A DNA stretch of 63,942 nt from Octopus bimaculoides (taxonomy: Eukaryota). How positions within the stretch are numbered: position 1 is the stretch's first letter; the number at the start of each line of letters is the position of its first letter. A program made the translations under genes and the position numbers. The notes beneath the pieces were generated by a model. That model worked only from the letters and a program-made list of their open reading frames with translations, was not told where the DNA came from and searched no databases. The stretch lies in contig NC_069001.1 in NCBI RefSeq assembly GCF_001194135.2, forward strand, positions 36,616,023 to 36,679,964. The letters are read 5' to 3'. Below, one piece after another: positions 50,988 through 62,861 of this stretch.

Positions 50988-51430
50988 TGTGTGTGTGTTT
51001 GTATTTACACATATGTATACATGTATATACATAGGTATAAATATATACTTTATATATATATATACACACATACACACATGTGTATACATGTATATACATA
51101 AATATATATATATATATAGTGTTGTTTTCCTTTTTTACCGCTATTTTTACTTTCAACATCTGTTTTCACTTGTTTCCTCTTGTATCACAAACTAAATATA
51201 TATTTTATTCACGCTTCAGTCTGTTGTAGGAACTACATTAGCAATACCTCTATTATTATTATTATTGTTGTTGCTACTGTTGTTGTTTTTGCAGACAAAA
51301 CCAGCAGACATGTAATCATGTAACACTTTCATACATATAAAATATCTGTCACGTACTGTTTGTGTTTGAAAACATACAACCTTTTCGTTCATTCTGTTTT
51401 ACTTTACATGTCATTATATATATATGTGTG

Positions 51431-51466
<36 letters not shown>

Positions 51467-51474
51467 CGCAGACG

Positions 51475-51629
51475 TGGCTGTGTGGTAAGAAGCTTGCTTA
51501 CCATCCACATGGTTTGGAGTTCAGTCCCACTGCATGGTACCTTAGGCAAGTGTCTTCTACTATAGCCTTGCGCTGACCAAAGCCTTGTCAGTGGATTTGG
51601 TAAACGGAAACTGAAAGAAGCCCGTCGTA

Positions 51630-51630
<1 letters not shown>
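51475..51630 (+). mobile_element. SINE family A 5' half followed by (TA)n
   Basis: gtggctgtgtggtaagaagcttgctt...gaaactgaaagaagcccgtcgtata. Confidence 0.75.
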
Positions 51631-51661
<31 letters not shown>

Positions 51662-51679
51662 GATGCGTGTGTTTGTGTT

Positions 51680-51801
51680 GAAGAGCGTATGCTCGAAATA
51701 TAAAAGACTTTTTCACTTTCCTAAGCATCAAAGTAATACCCCTGTCTGTTGTTCATACACCTGTTTTCATCTTTTGTTTTTCTATAAATTTCAACTATAT
51801 A
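51680..51801 (+). mobile_element. 5'-truncated Penelope-like tail with decayed hammerhead half
   Basis: GA-A-GAGC-gtat-GCTC-GAAA-TATA-AAAGAC, then a U-rich tail ending caactatata. The layout is the same as 23869-23998. Confidence 0.45.
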
Positions 51802-52645
51802 GGTAGATAGATATAGATAGATAGCTTATTTTTACCTCTCTTTGTGTTAGAGCAAAAATAGTTCCTCACCTCTTCCCCCTTATATTTACATAAGGTTTTG
51901 ATCTAATTTATTATTAATATTATCATTATTATTATTATTCATCTTTTCAAGGAAATGTAAATTCTTCAATGTATATTTTTCAATGTATTTTCAGCCATTT
52001 TAGTTTGTTGATCAGTTTATACTTTCATGTCAAACGTTTATTAAATAATCGTTCATGTGCCACTTCTATAGAACTTCATCAACTAGGTTTGTGTGTGTGT
52101 GTGTATTATGCACACACACACGCACACACACATGCATATTTATTCAAAGATGAAGTTTCACCTTGTTTTCTACTTAGAGTTTCCTGTTATGATTTTGTTT
52201 CTCAAAGGAAACTTCCACCATGTTTGTAAAGCCAAACATGCTAGTGTGGGGGGGGGGGGATCCCCACTCCCACCCTGCTCCTACCGTCTGACAACCAGTG
52301 TTGGTTTGTTCACATCCCCATAAATTAGCAGCTCGGTAAAAGAGACTGGCGAAATAAGTCCTGGGGGTTAAACTGTTCATTCAACTTAAAGCCTTTCAAG
52401 GTGATGCCCCAGCATGGCCACAGTCAAGTAACAGAAACAAGTAAAAAATAGAAGATTCAATTATATATATAAACCAATTTATAATGTCTGTTATGAACCA
52501 TTCTCACCACCTCCATTGGTTCAATTCTGCATAAAGATGGTGTTGTTTTAACTCCGGGTCTTTTGTCATCCGCTGCACATATGATCAAAAAATTATTCCC
52601 ACCATGACAAGCCTGTCTTTATCCAGACTCAAAACACCCTTCTTC

Positions 52646-52988
52646 GGTACTTGTTGGGTATCTCACCCCCATTAAAAAATTGGATTACCTCCCCACTAAA
52701 AAATCGAGTTCATGTGGCAACAAGAGATTGAACTAAAACAGATCCTTTTGATTCAACACTTCAACACAGTTGACATTTGGCCCCCTCAATAGGCAGGGTA
52801 GGATTTGTTATGAAAATGTTATCAGATTCAATTAAGATGTTTAATATTTTCAGTTTTCTTGTTTATTAATTTTTCTTTCTTTCTTTTTTTTTTGAGGGTT
52901 AAACCATTTTTATATAAATAAAATTCGTTTTGCTAACTGACAGATGTCAGTCCACGTTTTAATGGGGGTGAGATAACCAAAAAGTACC
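52646..52988. repeat. 32-bp inverted repeats (52646-52677 and 52957-52988) about 280 bp apart, MITE-like
   Basis: ggtacttgttgggtatctcacccccattaaaa versus the reverse complement ggtactttttggttatctcacccccattaaaa, 30/32 identical. Confidence 0.7.
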
Positions 52989-53024
52989 CCTTCTTTCTCT
53001 GACGTAGTAAGATAGGATTCGAAG

Positions 53025-53250
53025 GTGGGGTAGGGGTTGACTGCTATTTCTAGTAGGCAGGGTGACCCCTGTGAAGTTATCTTCATTAATCCACTTTACT
53101 ACGATCAGAAGCCATTCCCACCGTAAGCCTGACACTTATCCAGGCACTAAATACCCTTCTTCTTCTAATGTGGTAAGATGTGATTTCAAGGAAGAGAGGC
53201 AAGGTTGACTTCTCTTTCTAGCAAGCAGGGTGACCCCTGTGAAGGTATCT
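53025..53250 (+). repeat. Tandem duplication of a retroposon tail (about 175-bp period)
   Basis: ggttgact.ct.tttctag.a.gcagggtgacccctgtgaag.tatcttcatta at about 53035-53088 and 53205-53257. Confidence 0.6.
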
Positions 53251-53859
53251 TCATTAGTTTGTTCATTGTAGGTGTTGTAGAATTAGGTCAAACGGTCTCT
53301 CCTTTCTTTATCCAAACAAACTTACATGCCAACATCAAACTTACACCACCTCCCCTCGCTGTTATCTTCTTCACCATTCCACTCAGTAGCTTACCGTTTC
53401 TTCATTTATTGCTCCATCAGGAATTAGTTCAACGTATACATATATATATATAAATACCAGGTTTTTATATTAGAGTCTTTCCCCTTCTCTGTCTTGCCCC
53501 TCACACCATTACTCCTCCTTTCTCTTTAGCTGTTATTACCATTGCCATGTTACAATGTTTATAAACCAAACTTGACTGGGGTTTCAAATGGCTAGTTAGC
53601 CATGCCTCACTCCCTGTCCCTCCCCGGCTCAAACACCTCCTGTAACATAAGAACTGATGTACAAGATTTGGTACAAGCAGGGCCTGGAGGCAAGGCTTCC
53701 TTTCTCCCTCTCTCTCCCTCTCCCTCTCTCTATGCACCACCTACATACACACACACATGTACATACATCATTATCATCATCAATTTATTGTCCACTTTGT
53801 CACACTTGAATGGGTCACACAGAATTCACTGAGACAGCCCAATAGCTAGACATGTCTTT

Positions 53860-55160
53860 CATGGTAACAAAATGGTTAAATAGAAATTGTTAAGTGGATC
53901 CTTGTCTGCCTTTTACAGAATGGCAAACATTTGAACCAGACCATCTGGATCCCTACATCCCAACTTATAATTTTGCTAACCCTTTAGCATTTAAACTGGC
54001 CATGTCCAACTAAAATATTCTGTTTTATGTAGAAAGTAGCCAGATCTTGACTCCCATACCAACCCTACTATGTCATTCTAAAAATTAACAGTTACATCAT
54101 CGAACACATTAAAGAACACATTAAAGCCCAGATGTGTGGCAACTGACTTGGCAGACATCCACAAGATCATTCACCATCTTTCCAGCAACAGCCATGGGCA
54201 CCTTTTTGAATTCCACTCATGGACATGCTTACATGATCAAAAAACAGCATAGCACCCATGGCTTTCAGAAACCTGTTTCCATGCTCAGAACTGCTGAAGT
54301 ATAGAATAAACTGCCCACATCAATTCTTAGCTGCCAAGACACTCCATTCTTCAAAGCTTCCATGCTTTCTGAAATTCACAAACAGTACACCTAATGCCGT
54401 TTTGTTTTGTTGTTGTTGTTGTAGTGCACTTAAGCACTGTATACAACAATTTCATTATATTATATATTTATATTATAATGCATGATTAATTAAAAACAAT
54501 ATGAATAAATTAGCATTACTTTTTGACAGAATAATGTGAATGCTAAAATGTTCACCCTTTTAATGCTGGCCTGTCCGTGACTGCTCATTGCCTCTATGAT
54601 ACAAACTTTCTGTTTTAAAACAATATAGTTTAAAACTTAACATCAAATTTTCATGTTATATTCCTTGCACCAGCTTCAAAAACAATAAAGTCAGTTTTCA
54701 AACTTCTTCATTATTTTCAAAATTAATTGAAACAAAAGCCGTGTACTTCATCAGAAATATGATTACAAAACGGTTAAGTTAGAGTTATTAAATGAATCCT
54801 TCTGTCTTTTACAGAATGGCAAACATTCTAGTTCCCTGCCTGCCAACTTCTTAACACTTTAGATTCCAATCCCCGTGATACAGCCCCTGGTTCTGTTATA
54901 CAAATTCCTTGTTTTAAAATTATCTAAATTAAACCTGTCCATCAAAATTTCCTGTTAATTTATGTTCCAATCACCAAGTTAATATTAACAAAGTTACTTT
55001 ATTAAATTCTTCATTATTTTCAAAACTGATTGAAACAGTGAATTACAACAGAAATACAGTAACAAAAGGGTTAAGTGAATGCTTCTCTGCCTTTTACAGA
55101 ATGGCAAATATTTGAACAAGTCCTTCTCATTCCCTATCTTCCAACTTACAAGCTTCTTAA
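53860..55160 (+). mobile_element. Nested array: D end, X, MITE E interrupted by CR1, D, X, D, X
   Basis: Module X at about 53895-53970, 54793-54850 and 55077-55150. D bodies at 54552-54777 and 54851-55075. Confidence 0.65.
54124..54480 (+). pseudogene. Decayed CR1-type LINE 3' end (ORF2 C-terminus, stop at 54392-54394, short UTR and tail) inserted in MITE E
   Basis: Two-frame translation KPRCVATDLADIHKIIHHLSSNSHGHLFEFHS / HGHAYMIKKQHSTHGFQKPVSMLRTAEV*NKLPTSILSCQDTPFFKASM matches recalled CR1 R...DL...YKI......LF....TRGH..K.......RK.FF..R....WN.LP..VV......FK. Confidence 0.7.
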
Positions 55161-55599
55161 GAATTTCCCCAAGAACATACGCCAAAAAACAAGGGATAAA
55201 GAAACACAGCAGCAGCAACTAAATAACACTCAACATTTGTTGTTGATTAGAAAATAAATAACGAAATAAGAATATAAAAGAAATCAGCCATTACTGAAGG
55301 CTATTGAACAGACTCTGCCCAGCTTCTCTGCAGACATCTCTTTGAGTTGTTCAGTTAAGCTATTTCTGTGTAAATAAATTTCTATTTTGATTTTTATAGT
55401 CCTGTTTATCTAATGGAGCATGTGAGAATATATTTATCTCTTATCCCTTGCATAATTCTCCTCGTCTGCAAACTATGATACAGAGGCAATGTGTGTATAT
55501 ATGTATATGTGTATTTTATATATATATATGTACATGTGTATACACATATACATATATATACATATTGGGAGACATGTATTTTACTTTTGGCACACACAT

Positions 55600-55790
55600 C
55601 ATCATCATCATTGTTTAACGTCCGTTTTCCATGCTGGCATGGGTTGGACAGGTTTGACTGAGGGCCTGGCAAGCCAGGAGGTTGCACCAGGCTCCAATCT
55701 GATCTGGCAATGTTTCTACAGCTGGATGCCCTTCCTAACACCAACCACTCCAGGAGTGTAGTGGGTGCTTTTTATGTGCCACCAGGTATG
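55600..55790 (-). mobile_element. Family C retroposon 3' end; other copies at about 47770-48000, 48225-48385 and 63340-63450
   Basis: (catcat)n-tgtttaacgtccgttttccatgctggcatgggttggac...ctggatgcccttcctaacaccaaccact. Confidence 0.75.
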
Positions 55791-56314
55791 TGTGTTTATC
55801 CCCCACCACCACTTGACAACCAGTGTCAGTGGGTTTCTGTCCCCCATAACTTAACAGTTTGACAAAAAGGATTGATAAAATAAGTAGTAGACATTAAAAA
55901 AATTAAGTACCAGGGTTGATTGCATTCAACTAAAAGTTATTCAAGGTGGTACTCCAGCATGGCCACAGTGAAAGACAGTGATACTTCATTCTTGTTAAAT
56001 CCTCACAATTGCAAGATGGCAGTCCATGTCATGACAGATCTTGCACATTGGGTTTGAAATTCTCTCTTTGGAGTTGTTTCTGCTATTGGAGCATTCCCAG
56101 AAGGTGAGGCAGGAATGTTGTGTGTTTGTGAAAGTGAAAATGAAAAACATGCGCATGTGTGTGTGTGTGTATAATGTTTATACATGTATATGTGTATGTC
56201 TATGTATGTATGTATATGTTTTTGTATGTGTGCACATATATGAAGTTATACAGCTGCAGCTCTTGTGCTGAAAGCAGTTAAAAGAATATAGATAGATATA
56301 CATATACACAACCA

Positions 56315-56376
<62 letters not shown>

Positions 56377-56684
56377 CACACACACACACACATATATACA
56401 TACATGTGTATGTATATATGTATATTTCTCCAGAGGCACCATCTTAAAGATTGGTTTCTGCCAAAAAGATTTATAACTCCATCATCAACACTACCACCAC
56501 CACCACCATCTCTCCTATTCTGTCCCCTCCCCCAAAAAAGAAAAAAACACTTTATCTTTAAAGATATTCTGTTATCTTGAAAGATAATTTTCTGTGTTTG
56601 TTTAAAAAAAAAAAAATTTTATGTTAAAAAGATGAACATTCTTACATGCAATGAAAGAAAATGAACTGGTATGTTTCACATTTG

Positions 56685-57390
56685 ACACTCTTAATACGAA
56701 CCCAACCAAGATCACCTCTACTTATATGATACAAACTTCCTCTTTTCAAAGTGGTCTAAATTAAAACCATCCATTAAAATTCTATGTTAATTTCTGTTCG
56801 AAACACCTGTTTAATTAATGAGAAAGTTGTTTTAATAAGTTCCTCATTATTTTCAAAATTAATTGAAACAAAAGATGTGTATTTCAACAGAAAGATGATA
56901 ACAAAATGGTTAAGTTAGAGATGCAGAATGGCAAACATTTGAACCAGATCTTCTGGTTCCTTACCTGCTAACTTAGCCCTTTGGATACCAACCTGCCTGA
57001 GACTGCTCCTAGTTATATGATACAAGCTTCCTGTTTTAAACTGATAGAAATTAGAACCTTCCACTAAAATTCCATGTTAATTTATCTTCTAAACACCTGC
57101 TTAGTAAAGAGAAAGTTGTTTCACTAAATTCTTCATTATTTTCAAAATTATTTCAGACAAAGGCAGTGGATTTCAACAGAAATATAACGAAAGGGTTAAT
57201 TAAGAGTTGTTCAGTGGATCCTTCTCTGTCTTTTACAAAATGGCAAACATTTAAACCAGAGCTTCTGGTTTCCTGCCTACCAACTTACAAGCTGAATAAC
57301 TCTTTTAGTACCAACCTATCTGGTTCTATGATAGAGATATCTTGTTTTAAAGTGATCTGAATTAAAACCGTCCATGTTAATTTTTGTTCC
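56685..57390 (+). mobile_element. Tandem D, X, D, X, D array
   Basis: Three D bodies separated by module X at about 56921-56975 and 57214-57292. Confidence 0.7.
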
Positions 57391-58650
57391 AAATGAAATA
57401 AAGTGTCTTGCTCAAGGACACAATGCACTACCATCTTACAATCTTGAGCCAAATACCCCTAACCACTAAGCCACATGCTTTCACTGAAGCATGTAAGACA
57501 CATTGTAAAGAGAAACACATACGGTAGAAAGCAGCTTCATTTTGCTTCATGTTCTTGTGACATGGCCCACCTTCACCTCTATGTAAAACGTTGCCCAGAG
57601 TAAAAAAAGCTTATTCAGATATCCTGACACTTCCCTTGTGGCATGAAAAAATTATGATGATGTTAATCATAATAATAATAATGATGATCTTGATAATTTT
57701 GGGCTGCTTACAATACCATACTGATTAAGTTATCTTATCAGCAGAGATTCTCTTCTTGAAATTGATTTGGTAAATTAATACCGAAATTATTTTGCTCGTT
57801 ATCAGCAAGTATTATTAGTGATAATATTACACCATCACATGCACATGTGTGTGTTTATATATATGTTCGTAGGTATGTGAATGTGTATATATATATATAT
57901 ATTTATGTATATGTATATATATTAATATCTCCTTAAAACTATCGTTATCAGCGTATGGGATTACTGACAGCAAGGGGATGATAGGGACAGGTTCGCTCCA
58001 AACCTTGTTGTTTATTTTATCTTTAACTTTTCCAATGCCAAATTCAGTGCAGTTGAAAAATAAGCTTTCGTATCAAGCTGTGAGCCTCTATTTTTGGAGA
58101 GTAGAAATGGTGATGCTGGTGCTGGTGCTGGTGCATACAGACACAGAGCTTACTGACTCTTCTCAGTATTTCTAACACATTATTTGTGCAGATATACTCA
58201 CAACATTGCTCCAAAATAACAGCAGCTGATTTCATAATTTTGCATCTTTTAGCTTTTCTTAAGGTGTTGTCTGAAGATTTACTTTGCTTATTGTCTTTTC
58301 TGTGGGGCTCAATTAAAAATATGGACCAATCCAGGGACAGTGGTTTAGCAAAATTGTTAAAGGGATCAACCCTTTAGATAGTCCCATCGACCCACAGAGA
58401 TTGATATCAACCCCTGGTTTTGTCAAATGAATCCACCCCTGTATTATTTTTAAGCCTGATACTTATTCTAGCAGTCACTTTTTGCCAAACCACTAAGTTA
58501 CAGGGACATAAACACACCAACATTGGTTGTCAGATGGTGGTGGTGGGTGTCAAAGACACACGCACGTGTGTATGTGTATATATATGTAACTGTAAGTCAT
58601 CTAAGAGTCCATAAAAAAATGTACTCATATATCTGTCAAAAGAGTGGGTA

Positions 58651-58896
58651 TATTATCCGAAGTGTACACTCTTAACTCAATCCCCTCCTCGTTTCGTTTC
58701 ATCTTTTTTACAGCAACTTCAAACCAGATGTGTCTATTCAGCTCAGTTGCCATATTTTATTCCATATCGGCTACCTCTGATGAGCACAGGGTTACATAAT
58801 CGGATTGTTACCTAACACTCCATTGAATCGCTAGCATGAAACTGATTGGTAAGATCGGCAGTAATGGATATATAATACTGTACACTTCAGATAATA
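58651..58896. mobile_element. Element of 246 bp with 18-bp terminal inverted repeats and an internal hammerhead-like motif
   Basis: tattatccgaagtgtaca (58651-58668) versus the reverse complement of 58879-58896 tattatctgaagtgtaca (17/18). CTGATGA at 58777-58783, GAAA at 58838-58841. Confidence 0.65.
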
Positions 58897-59700
58897 CATA
58901 TATATATATATGATGGGTTTCTTTCTGTTTCTGTCTACCAAATCAACTCACAAGGCTTTGGTCAGCCCAAGATGCCATGCAGTGGGACTGAACCCAGAAC
59001 CATGTGGTTGGGAAGCAAGCTTCTTACCACACAGCCCTGTCTGCACCCCATCCTTTGTTATTTTGGAGGAGCAACGGTAAGAATATTCATGCAGATTATG
59101 TGTTGGAAATGCTGTAATCTCAAAACCTCATACTCCATACAGCCATGATACACGGCAAGGAAAATAAATGTATAAGGGGCTATGGAAGAAGAGGGATCAG
59201 GAAGGAGTTTCTGGGTGGAGGTCGGGGAGTTGAATAAGCCAAGGAAAAACAAAGGATCAAGTACTTTATAACCACCTCCAGGTGTTGAGTATATCAAAAC
59301 GAAGAAAGTCCCTCCCCCCGCCAACACCACCACCACCGCTACCATCACCTTCTCCACCTTCAGCACCTACAGCATCTTCACTTAATAGCTTAAGCCATTT
59401 CTCTCTCTTCTTGCCCCCACCCCACCATTTGTATTGGGGGGTGGAGAATAACAACATAAAAAAAGAGCTATTGGTGAAGGGGCTAATAGCTGTTAGCCTT
59501 TTTGTTTTTGTATTTATGCAGTGTTTTGTTTTCTTGTTTTGTCTTTTTCTGAGGAATTATTATGCTCAATAACCTGGAGGGGAACACACACGTGTGTCTG
59601 GTGTCTTGTGTAATGTATAGAGCATTACAAAAGAGATTACGCTTGTTCTAATATTACTCAGGCACCAAGCTAATGCTTTTAGAATGGTATTATATATAGT

Positions 59701-60083
59701 CTTTTACATGTTTCAGTCATTTGAGTGTGGCCATGCTGGAGCACTGCCTTTAGTTGAACAAATTGAATCTAGGACTTATTCTTTGTAAGCTTAGTACTTA
59801 TTCTATCGGTCTGTTTTGCTGAGCCGCTAAGTTATAGGGACATAAACTCACCAGCATTGATTGTCAAACGATGGTCAGGGGACAAACACAGACACACAAG
59901 CACACACACACAACATATATATGACAGGCTTCTTTCAGTTTTCATTACCAAATCCATTCAGAAGGCTTTGGATGGCTCGAGGCTAAAGTAGAAGACACTT
60001 GCTCAAAGTGCCACACAGTGGGACTGAACCTGGAGCCATGTGGTCGGTAAGCAAGCTACTTACCACACAGCCATGCCTGCACC
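59701..60083 (-). mobile_element. SINE family A, full length
   Basis: Complete reverse complement of head, middle and tail. Confidence 0.8.
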
Positions 60084-60925
60084 TATATATATGTGTGTGT
60101 GTGTGGTTATTAGGAAGGGCATCCAGACAGAAATCAAGCCAAACCAAACAGTGGAGTCTGCTGAAGCTCTCTGGCTGACCAACATGGAAAATGTGTGTCA
60201 AATGAGAGTGATGATGATGATGATTACTCCCTGCAATGGCCTTCCATCCGTTGTATATATTTTTAAATCTACAAGGATTACGGGTTTATAATAATTGCTT
60301 TTGATTCAGTCAGTATCATTGGTCCTCAGTACATGGATGGTACCTTATTTCGTTGACCTCCCTGGAAGGGTGACTGGCAATGAAATCTCAGTGATATTTG
60401 AACATAGAATGTGAAGAGCCAGAATAAATATTTCTTTGCATTTCGTCTGATGCTCTACTGATTCTGCCAGCTCCCCCACCCCTTGACAAATGTGAATAAT
60501 AAATACATTTGTCTTTTTTTTGTATTCTTCTCTTTGATTTTTGATTTGATCTATTTCTGAATCAATTTATTGATTTCTCTTTCAACAAATTTATTTTCTC
60601 AATATTTAACCTTAATTAAGAAAGACAAATATTTTATTTTTCATTTCTCACACACCCCCCCCTCCTCTATATATGTCCTCTTTCTCATATTGTTTTTCTT
60701 AATCTGCTAAGTGAATTTAATGTCCTGTTCTGTTGTTGTTGTTGTTGTTGTTGTTGTCCCAATCTGATCAGTCAATTTTATTTATTTGCAAACCAATTTA
60801 ACTTTTTCCTTCAATATTTGACCTTAAGTAAAAACACTCAAACAATGATAAATAAATAAATAAACATCAAAGCTTTATTTTATTATTGTTTTTCTTAACC
60901 ACGCCTCTGTCTTTGTATTTTTCAG

Positions 60926-61049
60926 GATTCGGAACTCAACGAATTAAGAGCGACAATTGAGGCCTTAAAGCGACAGAGCGGACTTAACAATCCCGATTCA
61001 ACAATCAGTCCGAATATTGGACGTAGACATACTTCTCCTGCTGCTGGAG
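60926..61049 (+). CDS. NAV2: Neuron navigator coding exon: DSELNELRATIEALKRQSGLNNPDSTISPNIGRRHTSPAAG
   Basis: Acceptor tttttcag ends at 60925, donor gtaagg at 61050, 124 nt, phase 0/1. It continues the previous exon in frame as AEQK|DSELNELR, like navigator AEQKDSELNELRKTIE. Confidence 0.92.
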
Positions 61050-61638
61050 GTAAGGTCACTCCATGACTGTTAGATGGACGTTTTCAATTCCCTAACATTT
61101 GTCTTCTAAATTTGTCCAGTACACTCTGTAAAGTGGTTGGCATTAGGAATGGCAGAGATTTTATGGCTGGATGCCCTCCCTAACACCAACCACTCCGCAG
61201 AGTGGACTCAGTGCTTTTTATGTGGCACTAGCACAGGTAAGGTTAGTTTTGGCAGGATTTTTACGACTGGATGCCCTTCCAAATGCCAACCACATTACAG
61301 TGTGGACTGGATGCTTTTAACATGGCACCAGCACTAGCAGGGTAAACAAGGCATGTCATGTATCTATTAGAAGAAACAGCCCAGTTACTTTCTCTAACAT
61401 TCCAACCACACAAGTAAATGTGTGATGAACAAAATGGGAATTTTGAAAGAATATTTATGAAACTAGTTTATAAACATTGAATGGCCATGGAAATCCACCG
61501 GAATAAAACAGTGACCAAAGGGGTCCATACGTTAAAAAAATGGTTGAGAATCAGTGAGTTAAAGGATTAGCCATATCTGTTGCTGACCCCTAAAAAAAAA
61601 TTTTATAATAAAATCAGCTAATTTTTTATTTCTTTCAG

Positions 61639-61784
61639 GATCAGAAGCTCGTATAATTCGGCAAATGTCCTCAGACAGCATGTCCAGTATCAACAGTTTG
61701 TCTAGTGCTTGCAGTGCTGCCAGCCAGCAGTCTGCTGCCACAGATGGTGACATCGGCAAGAAAAAGAACAAAAAGAAGGGCTGG
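61639..61784 (+). CDS. NAV2: Neuron navigator coding exon: GSEARIIRQMSSDSMSSINSLSSACSAASQQSAATDGDIGKKKNKKKGW
   Basis: Acceptor tctttcag ends at 61638, donor gtaaat at 61785, 146 nt, phase 1/0. It has the Ser-rich SSDSMSSINS and basic KKKNKKKGW motifs typical of navigators. Confidence 0.93.
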
Positions 61785-62182
61785 GTAAATATTTTGGCTC
61801 TCTCCTTTCTTTTTACCTTTTCACATTATCACTCTGTCTCTCTTACACAAAAAGACCTACTCACAAACTATATATACGTCTGTATGTATGTATATATATG
61901 TACACACACACACATATACATATTGATTCTGTTATTGGTTTCAGCCAGTAGATGTGGCCATACTAGGGCACTGTCATGAACACTAATGCTCATTTATTTT
62001 AGAAACCTTTCCTGATTCTTTCTCCAGAATTGGTCCTGGAGAATTCGTCACTCAAACAGAACTGCTCTCCTTCCTATTTCTTGTCATATATCTACACACA
62101 CACACACACACACGTTTTTCCATTGTGTTTGTTCTCTCTTTCTTTCACTCATTCCTTCTTTCTTTCTTTCTTTCTATTTCAG

Positions 62183-62352
62183 CTGCGTAGTTCATTCAGT
62201 AAAGCCTTCTCTCGCAAAAAGAATAAACATGGATCTATGTCAGACGTGGAACCAGATACCACTAGTCTAAGATCTAATTGTTCTGCTCCAAATTCTCCTC
62301 TTTTACAACTTTCACATCTCAATGGCCCTGGATCTATCAAGGGGTCACATTC
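62183..62352 (+). CDS. NAV2: Neuron navigator coding exon, 3' end lost in assembly gap: LRSSFSKAFSRKKNKHGSMSDVEPDTTSLRSNCSAPNSPLLQLSHLNGPGSIKGSH
   Basis: Acceptor tatttcag ends at 62182. W|LRSSFSKAF matches navigator WLRSSFKQAF. The frame stays open up to the N run starting at 62353. Confidence 0.92.
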
Positions 62353-62861
62353 NNNNNNNNNNNNNNNNNNNNNNNNNNNNNNNNNNNNNNNNNNNNNNNN
62401 NNNNNNNNNNNNNNNNNNNNNNNNNNNNNNNNNNNNNNNNNNNNNNNNNNNNNNNNNNNNNNNNNNNNNNNNNNNNNNNNNNNNNNNNNNNNNNNNNNNN
62501 NNNNNNNNNNNNNNNNNNNNNNNNNNNNNNNNNNNNNNNNNNNNNNNNNNNNNNNNNNNNNNNNNNNNNNNNNNNNNNNNNNNNNNNNNNNNNNNNNNNN
62601 NNNNNNNNNNNNNNNNNNNNNNNNNNNNNNNNNNNNNNNNNNNNNNNNNNNNNNNNNNNNNNNNNNNNNNNNNNNNNNNNNNNNNNNNNNNNNNNNNNNN
62701 NNNNNNNNNNNNNNNNNNNNNNNNNNNNNNNNNNNNNNNNNNNNNNNNNNNNNNNNNNNNNNNNNNNNNNNNNNNNNNNNNNNNNNNNNNNNNNNNNNNN
62801 NNNNNNNNNNNNNNNNNNNNNNNNNNNNNNNNNNNNNNNNNNNNNNNNNNNNNNNNNNNNN

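Larger units (their letters stand above)
31141..60925 (+). other. Phase-0 intron of about 29.8 kb in the navigator gene
   Basis: GT at 31141 and AG at 60924-60925 join two consecutive coiled-coil exons in frame. Contents are repeats, microsatellites and gaps. Confidence 0.8.

Noticed and set aside
56041-56103. Open frame ending LEHSQK with a good phase-0 donor (aag|gtgagg)
   Set aside because: No in-frame ATG after the upstream stop and no convincing acceptor, so there is no support beyond the donor
57730-57952. Three TTATCAGC (GATA-like) motifs
   Set aside because: Short AT-rich motifs are expected by chance in this composition
59060-59330. 102-aa minus ORF and a weak plus-strand resemblance to an RTE C-terminus (HTAMIHGK...RGYGRRG)
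   Set aside because: The ORF starts in a low-complexity tract and the resemblance is too weak to call without a search
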